Source: Basidiobolus meristosporus CBS 931.73
Lineage: Eukaryota > Fungi > Basidiobolomycota
DNA: 64,000 nt
Direction: 5' to 3'
Assembly (NCBI GenBank): GCA_002104905.1
Contig: MCFE01000390.1
Coordinates: forward strand, 1 to 64,000
Position 1 is the first letter of the stretch; every line of letters starts with the position of its first letter. Positions 1 to 11,789 of the stretch are shown piece after piece. The translations under genes and the position numbers were made by a program. The notes below the pieces were generated by a model, which saw only the letters and a program-made list of their open reading frames with translations, had not been told where the DNA came from and did not search any database.

Positions 1-500
1 AACTTAATGATTCCAAATTAGAATCTATCTTGCAATTCCAGCCTCTTGATGAATGTTTGAGACCATGTAGAGACTTTTAAGCTTTCAGACCAAATGGAGG
101 TTATCTTGGTCAACAAACCCATCAGGCTGGTCCATATACAAATCCTCATCAAGTTCTCCATACAAAAATGCTGCTTTTACATCCACTTGATAAATAAAAA
201 ACTTATACTTGGCTGCAATTGCCAATATCAATCTGATGGAACTAAACTTGGCTACTGGTCCAAAGGTCTCAGTATAGTCAAGTCCTTCTATTTGAGAGTA
301 TTCTTTGGCCACAAGTCTTGCGTTGTATCTTTCAGTTGTACCATCAGCCTTATATTATTTCCTAAAGACCCATCTGCATCCAATTAGTTTTCAGTTAATT
401 GGTAATTTGACTAAGTCCCAAGTTTAATTTTTTAACCCCACACCAAACAAGTAACTCCATTAAAATCCACCACTCAATAAGTATATCTACTGTAACACTG
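1..500 (-). pseudogene. Copia-A reverse transcriptase fragment
   Basis: ORF 85..312 ([38 protein letters not shown]) matches the RT region of the intact polyprotein at 51491..55594. Confidence 0.9.
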
Positions 501-545
501 GGTTTCCATGACTTTGGCTGGAACCCTATGGCCTTATGCCACTGT

Positions 546-1600
546 TCATTCACTGAAGTCCTGGTCTTCAGCTGGCACTGCAAGGTCTAGCACCTCATCT
601 GCCAGTCTTTGCAATAAATCTTTGCAATATTTGAGTGCATTTTCTTGAGCACTGTTCTTGAAGAAGTGCTGAAACCTCTTGGTATGCCTATTAATGCTCC
701 AAAATTCCACTGAAGGCATTGCAAGAACCTTTTGAGTTCTTGAAATTGTTACTTTGTCTGTCAGTGGGATCTCTACTCTGTCAACAATGGAGAATGTGGA
801 TGCTGTTTTAGACAAATTGCCTTTCTTGGCAAACTCATCTACCTCACTGAAGTGTAGCTCAACTGGCTGCGCTTCCAACTCTAGTGAAAACAGCTGTTTT
901 CTTGTTGGTAATTCTACTTGGCTATGATGATATTCAGTCTATTCTGGGCTTACAGCATTAATTTGCACAAACAGCAGCTTTTTTCTTGCACTTCCCTGTC
1001 TCTGGCTTTGGTAGACTTTTCCCCTTTATCTTTTCCTTTATCACTGCCAGGTCTTTCACTACTACTCTGTCTGATTTCTTCTGGTATTGAACTACATTTT
1101 CCCCTTGATAAATACTGCTCTGATACATCTGTTTTGGCCTGCTTGTCCCTTGCTAGCACTCTGCAGGCAATCTGAAACTTCTTTCCTGCTTGTTCTGAGC
1201 TCTTAGCCCATGCTGTAATGGGCTCTGAAGTAGCCACTTGTTTTTATCACTGCCAAGTCCTTCACTGCTGCTTTGGCTAAGTGCTTCTTGAGTAGAACCA
1301 CACTTTTTCCTTGGTAAACTTTGTGCTGGTGCATCTGTGTCTGCCTACTTCTCCCTTATTGGCGCTCTTCTAGCTACCTGATGTCTCTTTGATGCTTGTT
1401 TAGAGCTTTGGACCCTTATTGTAACAGGCACTTGAGGAAGCTGCTGGTTCTTAGCCATTGAACCCTTATTCTTCTGCCTTTGATAGTTTCTGCTATTCTT
1501 GAGATACTTTCTTAGCATACCAATGCTGGCCCAAAATCTGTTTGCATGTTTGAATCCAGGATAATGCTCATGGAGCAAGTCAAGCTCATTCTGCTTGGCC
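546..1600 (-). repeat. Fragments of an unidentified repeated coding family (LKYCKDLLQRLADEVLDLAVPAE / MEAQPVELH)
   Basis: ORFs 546..878 and 950..1237 have homologues at 13649..13846, 43749..44015, 44109..44303 and 45025..45306; no domain recognised. Confidence 0.6.
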
Positions 1601-1789
1601 TTAAGTTTCTAATGGTCCCATGGTATGCCTGCCTTAAGGTGTTGGCATGCTAGACTTCTAACAGCCACTTGAATATCAGCCCATTCTTCATCATTACACT
1701 CAACAGCTCCACAGATCTTTAATGTCTTTTGATTTTTAAGCTTTAGTATAAGCACTACATTTTCTTCCTCCCATGCGGTGATAGGTTTT

Positions 1790-3694
1790 TCTATGTCTTT
1801 ATCTCTGGGCACTGTTGTTGTGCTTCAATGACTGTGTAGTGTTCCTCTGCTGTTACATTGGAAAATGGCTCAATTCTTGGCTGTGACATTGAGCAACTTG
1901 AGTTCCTTCTTTGCAGCAAAGATACTGCTTTCAATAGCGGGGATATTGATTGCTCTACACATATTATTTTCTCATCCTGTTTCTGGACTATTTCCTGATT
2001 TCTCTGGGCCGTTACATCTATCCTATCAGCCACTGCACTTGATCTGTATCTATACCATGCTTCAAATGGAATTGAAGTACAAAGTACTCTGTTATAACTC
2101 CTACTTTTAAGATATACAGCTGTGGCACCTGATTTTGCCCAAAAATTATAGGATAATTTTTGATCACAGATCATAGATCTTGCCATATCTATTATTGATC
2201 CATTTGCATGCTCTGCTACTCCATTTCAAAGTGAGGAGTACCATACAGTGGTTTCTTGTTTTATCCCATAAACTTTGCAGAAGTAGATGAAGCATTTTAA
2301 GATATATTCTCCACCATTGTCAGAGCATATTTTCTTGATTTTTTCACCAGTTTCTCTCTTCACCATGACTTCAAGCTCTCTGACCTTAGACAGAGCTTCA
2401 TCCTTTCTCACCATGAAGTAGACCCACATGTATCTTGTATAATCATCAATAAATGTGTTGAAGAATTCTTTCCACCTAAGGATAAATTTTGCATAGGTCC
2501 ACACACATCTGAGTGAATTTGATCTAGTTTTCTCTTAGTTTTGATTAAATCAGAGGTCTTGAACAGTTGTCTGACTTGTTTCCCATATATGCAGGCTGCA
2601 CAGTGCTCCTAATTAGCAGGGGGATCAGTTTTTACTCCAGAATGTAGCTGATTGTTCATCATTTTGCGCAAATAATCAAAATTGATGTGTCCAAATCTCC
2701 CATGCCAAAGCATTGGTGTTTCTTCATTTCAAGTTACTTCAATTGGCTTCCAGATGTGACAGAAGATAAGTCAGCTTATACAGATTCTGATCTCTGATAC
2801 CTAAATCAGTATGAGCACCATTTTAATCAGTAATCCTGCATTCACAATTGTCAAAGCTGAAACTGAGTCCTTCTGCTGTGGCCTTGCTTACAGATAGTAG
2901 GTTTGTAGCTATTTCTGGTACAAAGAGTACTTCTTTAAAGGTCAGTGTATGGCTTCCTTCCCTGCTTCTAAGGTTTACTTGGATAGTTCCTTGTTACACT
3001 GCATCAAGTGCTCTATTATCACCCAACAAAACCTTCCTAATTGGAATTTCTTGATATTGGGTAAAAAGTCCTTTTTGGTGTATAAAGTGTTGAGATGCTC
3101 CAGAGTCACTGTACCATGTCTGAGAACTCATTGTTTTCTCTTCTGGTACTCTAAGAATTCCTCTCTCACACTTTTAGGAGGGCATTCTTCTCCCATGACA
3201 ATATCCCAAAGGCCTCCTTCTTGCAGCAGCAACTTCATCTTCACCTTCCAAACTTAGTAGTTAGATCCATCCAGCTTTTCAGCAAAGGGAAAAATTCCAG
3301 TAATTGCAGTAGTATACATTGCAGAGAGTGATAGCTTGGGGTGCTTAATGCATTGTAAGAGTCTTGGAGATATTGGAAGTGAATGGAAGAATAAGTAGAT
3401 TATGTGGTTATCACTCAATGATTTATTAAATTTAAAAATAGTGTTTATACTTTTATATGGTATTGGCATAATAAGCTCATAGAATAGGTCTAGGAAGGTT
3501 GCAAGAACATGTGTGCAAGTTTGGAGCTGTTTGGATAACTTGTCTAATTTTCATGTTCTGAGTACCTGATATTATGGTGAAACAGTTCCAAGTCCCAACA
3601 AAGAATTTGGTCAGAGTTCTCTAGGATTTGAGGGTAATGAAATAAGTGACTAAGTTAGGTGAATATTTAGGTATTATTACAAAACTTTACAACA
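1790..3694 (-). mobile_element. Degenerate, internally deleted Copia-A 5' half (integrase, protease, gag start) with LTR at ~3351-3694
   Basis: ORFs 1791..2186, 2226..2504 and 3254..3469 align to the intact Copia-A; LTR sequence gtaagagtcttggagatattggaagtg...ttacaaca. Confidence 0.85.
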
Positions 3695-4389
3695 GAAGCA
3701 GGGTCTTTTTCTACTAGCCACCAACTACACTGAAGTGAGACTCAGCTGGCTACACAAAATCTTCAAATGGAATTCATAGCATTATTGGTTGTTATTCTGA
3801 TGTTATACAGCTGTGATCCCTGCTTTAGATTTTCAGCTGCAAATTTTGGTGGAACTAGTGAGTTGCTAGTTACCAATCTTACATAAATGCTAGTTTGCCT
3901 ATTTACCTCCTGGAAAATATGTCCACTTTTTGCTTAATTACTTTATCCTTAGGAGAAGTAACTGTTATGATCCCATCAAAAGGCTGACACAGGATTTAAA
4001 TCCTGTGACTACAAGGTATTGATGCAATTTGTACACCATCAAAAGTTATTGAAAGAAATTGCACCTCCAAATTCACAGAAATTGTAGTCAAAACTATTCA
4101 TCCTAACACTGTGCATCAATATTTAAAACTTGCTGATTTTACTCCATTAGAGAATCCAGTGCCCTAATTGATTTTCCCTAGCCCAAACATATCTAATCCC
4201 AGTTATGGTATATTTTATCCCATCTCAGAATTTATTCTTAGCTGCCACACCTGATCATTATTCATGTGGGCATTATGTCATCAACTGATCTGCCAAGCCT
4301 TTCCAACTCATTGGTCATCTAGATATATCCAACTACTTAGTAGTTGCCAAGACATCAGCTTATTGATGATCCAATATTTAATCATCTTA

Positions 4390-5195
4390 TGCACCTATCC
4401 CTATGAAAATAATTTGGTCCTGCAGGTGGATTCAATCTGGATCAGCTATCAGGATCATATAATGAGTCTATCATAATGCTGGCAGTTTGGAATTATGACC
4501 CTCAACATAATCTTAAGGCAGGATTGTGATGGCATCTTGCTGATTTTACTGCCAAACAAAGCCAAGAACTTGTCAGTGTTTTAGTGGTCTTTTGACAAGA
4601 ATTGCATGCCATTTTAATGGTCTTGATGTGCTCCACATGTATTTGAGTGGGCCTTACTAGTCTATACATCCTATTGTTGTATATGGCAAGCCCTGATGGT
4701 GCTAACATCTGTTAGCATTATTATGGCAGTATGGTGGCCTACATGTAGTTATGTACAATGCTACCATACAAATGTACCAAATGGTATTTCCTTTTCCTAC
4801 CTCTGCTTGTACCATATATATACTCCACTGTAGCATCAACCCTCTGTATTTGCTTATCCACTACCACCTGGGTATTCCACATATAGCTCAAATAAAAGAA
4901 ATGGCCTCCTGCCTACTGACCTCTACATACACACATACCTACTGCAATTGACATACTTCTATCACCTTACCTTTACAGCTATTTATTGTGATACTTGCAA
5001 TGTAGCAAGATACCTTGTATTGCTGGTAACATGTACATCTTGCAAACATATTCTTAGTTGCTGCCACTTTTGCCATGAGCCCCTCCTGAATATCCACAAA
5101 GAACTTCTTAGTTTTAGCCATTATATTCATTTGCCCTGTTGAATTCAAGTCCCCATTATAGATGTGCTCAAGCCCATGCTTGTGTGTATTCATGT
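4390..5195 (-). repeat. Inverted copy of the segment downstream of the CACTA-like transposase
   Basis: ORF 4939..5193 (FFVDIQEGLMAKVAATKNMFARC) is homologous to 7593..7799; nucleotide similarity to the reverse complement of ~7540-8320. Confidence 0.7.
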
Positions 5196-5199
5196 TGAA

Positions 5200-5430
5200 A
5201 GTGATGTAAGAGTTTTGAAGATATTGGAAGTGATTGGGAGAACAAGTGGATTATGTGGTTTTCACTTAATGATATATTGAATGAAAAGTAGTATGTAGAC
5301 TTTTACATGGTCTTGGCATAAAAGCCACTCAGAATAGGTCTAGGAAGGTCCCACAAACATGTGTGCAAAGTTTGGGGCTGTTTAGACAACTTTGCGAATT
5401 TTCATGCTTGGGTATCTGATATTTTGGTGC
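5200..5430 (-). repeat. Truncated Copia-A LTR
   Basis: gtaagagttttgaagatattggaagtgattgggagaacaagt matches the LTR at 55467. Confidence 0.85.
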
Positions 5431-5469
5431 TGTCTTTGTAACCTTGCACAGACTTAGTCAGGTGAGTTT

Positions 5470-7330
5470 GTGACACCTTTAGGCTCACCTCAGCCTTCTG
5501 AATATGGCACAGAGAGTGATAGTTCTGATGAAGAAGGCTCACTGATGGATTGTGGGCCTATCTCCCCTAACAACAGTACCACCCATGAGCCTGGTCAAAT
5601 CTCAATATGTAATGAGGCAGCACCCATTGAAGCAAATGCCAAGGATACATTACAGAGCCAAGTGGGCCCAGTGATCCATCCACATATGAATGATATAATG
5701 TTGTGGCTAGAGAAGTGGCACATTCCCACTAATATCAGTAATGGGGGCTTTGAGGATTTACTACTACTTCTTGACAAAATCAATCTGGAAGCAACTTACC
5801 ATGCATATGGTACAAGTGGACAACCATCATGCAGCTGGCAACATATGACCCAGAGACTGTCCTGACTCCAGCATGTGTTAACAGTTCCATGGCATTCATA
5901 TCCAAAAATGCCACTAATGCAATGTGTCCAAATTGTCAGGAATCAACCACCATAGAGGGAAAACATCATTCACACTCCAGATATATTCTAGTAATACCCT
6001 GTTTCAAGAAGCTCATGCAGTCTGACAAATGTTGCAAAGCTATAAAGTACCACACTCAGTATTAATCAAGCACAAACATATCCAATATATGTGATGGCAA
6101 ACATTACCAACAGCTAAGAAGCAAGGGTTACTTTGAACGTATGTATACTCTAGCCTTGGCTTTATCCCTTGATGGATTCTTATTAAATAGGTACTCTACC
6201 AGCAAATGCTGCTGGCCACTGATTCTCATCAACCTTAATCTGCTGCCTATCTTATAGTATCAGAACAAAAATCTGATGGTAGTCTCACTGGTATCTGGGC
6301 CTACTTCACCATCAAACCTGGATAGCTACCTGTATCCATTGCTGGATGAATTTTGTATGCTTTCCAGCAGGATAACACTAAATGGCTGTCATGTTAAAGA
6401 ACATAGTATTATCTGCACTGGAGATACCCCAGCCATCAGAAGATAGCTGGCTTTTCTAGGCACAATGGACAATAGCGCTGTCAAATGTGTAAGATCCAGG
6501 AGATTTACTCCATAACACACACACATTATTATTACCAAAACACCAGCACTGAGAACATCCTCTTCCCACAGAGAGAATGTACAAAAGTCAGCATGCAATT
6601 GCAGCAAAGTTGGCAAGCTATAAGCCATTTGCCAGAATATGGAATCAATTGGAAACTGGTAAAACTTAAGAAAGAGGGTATCTGTTGGATCAAAAGCTTT
6701 CCACTGGGAGTAATGCATTTGCTTTTCAACCATTTCCTATACTAATGATCAAGTTATACTTGGGGCATTTCAAGCTAAATGAGCTCTTTGAGATACTGGA
6801 GAAATTTGAAAGAACTGACAAGATAGTACAGAGTAGCTGCTACCCTAAGTACTTCTCATGGGCTCCAATCAATATCCATACTCATATGCAACAATACAAA
6901 TGCATAGACTGGATGAACCAGAGATGTATTTATTCAAGTGGTGTTCTGAAGCCATTCCTACCAAGAGTACATTGGAAGCATTGGGAGTCATATGTGGACA
7001 TTGTAGGAATATTTATCCAGAGGTGGATCACCAATGCCAACTTGATGCACCTACAGCTGAGCGCAAAGATCTCTGCAGCTAATGTATCCATTCCCTACTC
7101 CATCTTGCATGGTGTGTGGAGAATACTGGGCCTTGCTTCACCTTCTGGGAGTTTCAACTGGAGAGGATGTGTGGGGAGATAGGAAGACAAGTCAAGTTGC
7201 AGGTACTACTGTATCCCAATCTCATTAAGAATATTACCATCAAGTCTGTCATAGATGTATTGAGTTGGCACATGGAGGACAGCTTGGAAGAGTTGGGAAA
7301 TACTGAGGATAAATGTGCACATTGAGACAG
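5470..7330 (+). pseudogene. CACTA/EnSpm-like (tnp2-family) transposase, multiply frameshifted
   Basis: Fragments read CVNSSMAF...CPNC, ICDGKHY, LALSLDGF, CWPLILINLNL, GP..P.NLDSYLYPLLDEF, GDTPA and GP...WEFQLERMCG, all typical of tnp2 transposases. Confidence 0.7.
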
Positions 7331-8339
7331 CTATGGCTATGTCATAAAGAAGCTAAGCAGCTCCAATGCATGGGTAATCAGCCAAGTAATGAAAAGTTGG
7401 GTTGGGTTCAACAAGCAACTAGTCTTTTCAGGAAAGCTCTACCAAGATAAGCCAGATTTCTCTTGGTCATAAGCCAGCTTCTACACCATTCAATATGGAA
7501 TTCACACAAATAAGAGCCAGAGCACACTAATAAGGGAGACTAGAACTCAGCAGGGAGAAGGAATATATTAGCTAAATACCAACAAGTACTTTGTGGATAT
7601 GCAGGAGGTATTCATGGCAAAATTGGCTACGGCCAAGCATATGTTTGCAAGATGTATATGTTACCAGCAGTACAAGGAATATAGCAGCATTGTAAGTATC
7701 ACACTAAAAAGCCATAAAGTTGAGGTGATAGAAGTATGTCAATGGCAGCAGGTGTGCACAATTGTAGAGGTTGGTAAGCAGGCCATAGTTTTTTTTTGAT
7801 TTGAGCTATATGTGGAATACCCAAGGTACTAGTGGGTAAGCAAATAAAGAGGGGTGATTCTACTGTGAGATATAAGAATGCACAAGGGGAGGTAGAGAGA
7901 GGAAATACCATTTGGTAAATTGGTACTGTAGAATTTTACAGAACCAGCTGTAGGCTCCCAGAGTGCTAATATAATGCCATCAGAGTCTTACTGTGAGGCC
8001 ATTGAAATACCGTCAAGTTTCTTGCCACATAAGGCAATTGAATATCCTGGCCAGTTAGATCCATTTAAAATAGTTGTAGAGCACAATAAGACCATAACAA
8101 TACATGCAATAATCATCACAGCACCAATTAAATCTTGTCTAGTCTTATCACTGTATTTGGTAGTGAAATTAGCAAATGCCATAGTGATCTTGTCATAAGA
8201 TTGTCAACAGGATCACTAATTCCACACTGCTGGTATTATAATGGCCTCTTAGCAGGATCCTAACTGCTGGTTTGGATTGGCTCCACCTGCAGGACCAAAT
8301 AACTTTTCATAGGGGAGGACTCCTCCACTCCAGAATTAC

Positions 8340-9360
8340 AGAAGGTCCAGACTCTCTTGAAGGAATATTTATATGTGTTTGCAGATGAACTTGTTAGCTT
8401 ACCACCTGTCAGTGATGTGGATCATGCCATTGACACCAGAGATAGCCTCCCATGAGTAAGACACCTTATAGAATGAGTTCATTGGAGTAGGAAGAGATGA
8501 AGAGACATATATATCTACTATTTGAGCATGGATATATCAGACCCAGCAAGTCACCTTGGGGAGCACCAGTACTTTTTGTGAAAAGAAGGATTGAACACCT
8601 AGGATGTGCATTGACTATAGAGCCCCCAATTCAGTTACTGTGAAGAATAGGTACCCCATACCTTAGATTGATGAGCTTCTGGATCAACTCAATGGAGCTA
8701 CCATATTCAGCAAGATTGACCTTATATCACAATATAACCTGACTAGGGTGAAACCAGAAGACATCCTTATGACAGTATTCAGGACCAGATATGAGCATTA
8801 GAAGTACTTAGTCATGGTGTTAGCCTTACTAATGCCCCTACAACATTCTAGACCTTGATTCAAACAGTCTTCCAGAAATGCTTAGTCAGGTTTGTGGTAA
8901 TCTACCTAGATGACAACTTTATATACAGCAAGACAGAAGAGGAACAATTGGTGTGAATTGAAAAGGTCTTGAAGTTGCTAAGTGAGAATAAGCTGTATGG
9001 CAAGCTAGCAATGTGTGAATTCTAGAAGGAACATGTTCAATACCTGGGACACATAGTGATTAGCACAGAAGTGCCTTTAGACCGCAAGAAGGTTGAAGTC
9101 ATCAAGAATCTGAAGCAGCCCCTGAACATATTTGAGCTTAGATCATTCCTTGGAATGGTTTCATATAGTTGGAGACTTGTCAAGTCCTTTGTAACTGTTG
9201 CAGCCCCTTTAACTGATATTCACAAGAAAGGCAACAACATGAAGTGGGACACAGCCTGTGAAACTGCCCCTCAGACACTTAAAAATGAGTGTGCTAAGCT
9301 GCCAGCTTAAAAATTCCAGATGTTAGAAAAGAGTCTATTCTGTGTACAGATGATTCAGAG
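8340..9360 (+). pseudogene. Gypsy-B reverse transcriptase / RNase H start
   Basis: RMCIDYRA, RYPIPWIDELLD-like and VIYLDD-like motifs; ORF 9056..9310; ends at ...gatgattcagag directly against an LTR. Confidence 0.85.
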
Positions 9361-9727
9361 TGTTACAAGTCCTGGTATAAGATTTGTAGAGGAATAGGGA
9401 GTTTAGCATTTATTGTATTCACTGAAACTTGAACTGATTTTTTTGAGGTTCCAGCAGCTCCTTATATACATTCTGCCAGATCAATTGCGACTAATTGTAT
9501 CTTCTAATGTAGGTTGCTGCTGATGACTCATTGTATAGCATCATCAAAACCCAATAAGATCCTACTTGGTATTTCTATTTTGGTCTGATAAGGATCTGCT
9601 AATTCATTTGCTGACTAATGCTGCTGATTTGATAGATAACATTGATATACTGAAAGGCTAGGCATATAACTAATTGACTTGACTAAAAACTGATCTAGCA
9701 TAGACATTCAAGCAGTATATCATAACA
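9361..9727 (-). repeat. Gypsy-B LTR
   Basis: tgttacaagtc...tatcataaca; homologous copies at 11369, 20739, 23115, 27198, 32899 and 44638. Confidence 0.85.
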
Positions 9728-11368
9728 TTCTGCACCACTAAAGTTGAGAGTGTTCTCATGAATCTCTTTTCTTGTGATGTTAATATCTTGATGGTTCAGT
9801 ATTACTGGCAATTTTTGCAAGCTTGAGTCTGTCTCAATGGACTAAATCTTCCCAGATATTCCCTAGTTTGTCCACTAGTTGGTAAGTTGGAAATAGACAT
9901 TCTTTGAAAATCTTGAAAGGTCCTATCCATTGTGGCTTGAACTACTTCCAAGTATTGCTTCTCAGCAATACAAAGTGCCCAACTGTCAATGCCTCTGGTG
10001 ATATAGTCTTATCAAATCTCTGTTTCATCTTTTCTGCACTATGCACTACTTTGGCCATGACATCTGTGCTCCAGCTGCTGGTGTCTACTTGGCTGACTGA
10101 GCTGATCTTCTAAGATGTCTGTAAGCTTTGGTAGTGTGAGATCTCCTGGAATCCTTGGTTTGCATCCATACTCTAAGTAAAATGGCAACTCTTGGGAGGT
10201 GTTGTGCACTCTAACTCTGCAGGTAAAAGTGCTTAGTCTATATACTCATCCTATCTATCAACAGCTTCATTTGGTTACTTGGTCAGCACTTTTCCAAGTA
10301 GTCCATTACACAGCTCAGTGACTCCATTAGTTCTAGAGTGATATGCCAGGGTTTTCAAGTGTCTGATGTGCTGCAATTCCAGGTGAGCTTTCAATGTCTT
10401 TGCCATAAGATTTGCTCCTCTATTAGATGAAATCTTAGAGGGTACCCAAGCTTCCTAAGGATCTTGTGATATATGAAACTTGCAACTTCTTGTTCACTGC
10501 CTACAAATACTTCTTTAGCCACTGACCATTTGGTGGCATGGTTAATTGCTGCTAGGATCCAATGGCTGCATTTCCTAATTGTTGGCAATCTTCCAATAAA
10601 GTTAATTCACCATCTTTCAAGTGGTCTTACATGCTCCAAGGGAAAGAGTTCAGCAATTCTTTGTGGTTGGCCTTGGATGATTTGGCAATTTGGACATGCG
10701 TTCACTAGCTTCTCAATGTCTTGTTTCATTATGGGCCACCATGCTATGGCATTCACAAGGCTATAGGTTCCTTCAATTCCAAGATGTCCATATTCATAGT
10801 GTAGCTTATGTATTAAATCCAGGCAAGCAACATAAGGGCAATTGGCAACAGGGCTTCCATCAACAATTTGATAGAGTGTTTCAACCTGTACTACAGATTT
10901 TGTCGCTTCATCCTGGATTATCTTCTTGATCTCTTCATCTACTTCATCAGCAACAGCTTGGTCCTCCAAGTACTTTGGTGATAGGCTAGGCCAATCTGAT
11001 TCATGCACCAAGTTGAGTTGTGCAACTTGTTCTAATCTTGATAGGGCATCGCAACTGCTTTTTTTTCCAGGGCAGTAGACAATCTCCAAATCAAATTGCT
11101 GCATGTATTCAATCCATCTTGTAATTCTTCCAGAGAGTACCCTCTGAATAAATATATATACTTGAGTGAGGAATGATCAGTCTTCACAGTGCACTTGACT
11201 CCTTCAATGTAGCATCTCCAGGTCTTCAAGCAATGTATTATGGCAAAAATCTTCATCTCATGCGCTGGATAATTTAGTTCTGCTGAGTTCAGCTTCTTGG
11301 ACTCAAAAGCATCTGGCTAGTCCTTTCCCTCATGTTCTTGGATCAGTACTCCACCAATTGCATACTCT
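9728..11368 (-). pseudogene. Gypsy-B integrase and RNase H C-terminal part
   Basis: ORFs 10391..10588, 10607..11104 (HYEYGHLG...WWP...CPNCQ zinc finger) and 11032..11256. Confidence 0.85.
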
Positions 11369-11747
11369 GGTTATGATCTACCGCTTGAATGTTCAAGTCA
11401 GATGAATTTTTAGTTAAATCAGTTAGTTATATGTTTACCTATGGGTATAGCAGTGTTATCTATCACATCAGTAGCATTAGTGGGTAAATGAATAAACAGA
11501 TCCTTATCAGACAGAAGTAGGTATATTAAGTAGAACTTATTGGGTGATAATGATGCAATCAAATGAGTCATCCGCCCCAACCTACATTAGGAAATACAAT
11601 CAGTCAGCAATTGATCTGGCAAAATGTATATAAGGAGCTGCTGGAACCTTGATGAAAAATCAGCTCAAGTTTTAGTAAATATATTACTAGCTAAGCTCCC
11701 TATTCTTCTACAACTCTAGTACCAAGACTTGTAACATTGGTAGCAGC
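11369..11747 (+). repeat. Gypsy-B 5' LTR (11369-11736) with PBS TGGTAGCAGC (11738-11747)
   Basis: LTR ends gacttgtaaca; the PBS is complementary to a tRNA 3' end GCUGCUACCA, consistent with the A1-U72 acceptor stem of initiator tRNA-Met. Confidence 0.8.
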
Positions 11748-11789
11748 AATAACAGAAACCTTCCTCCAAAAGTAAGAGGAAGCCTTGTG

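Noticed and set aside
9361-11736. DIRS-like element with inverted LTRs
   Set aside because: The interior is DDE integrase and RNase H of Gypsy type with no tyrosine recombinase; nesting plus inversion explains the arrangement
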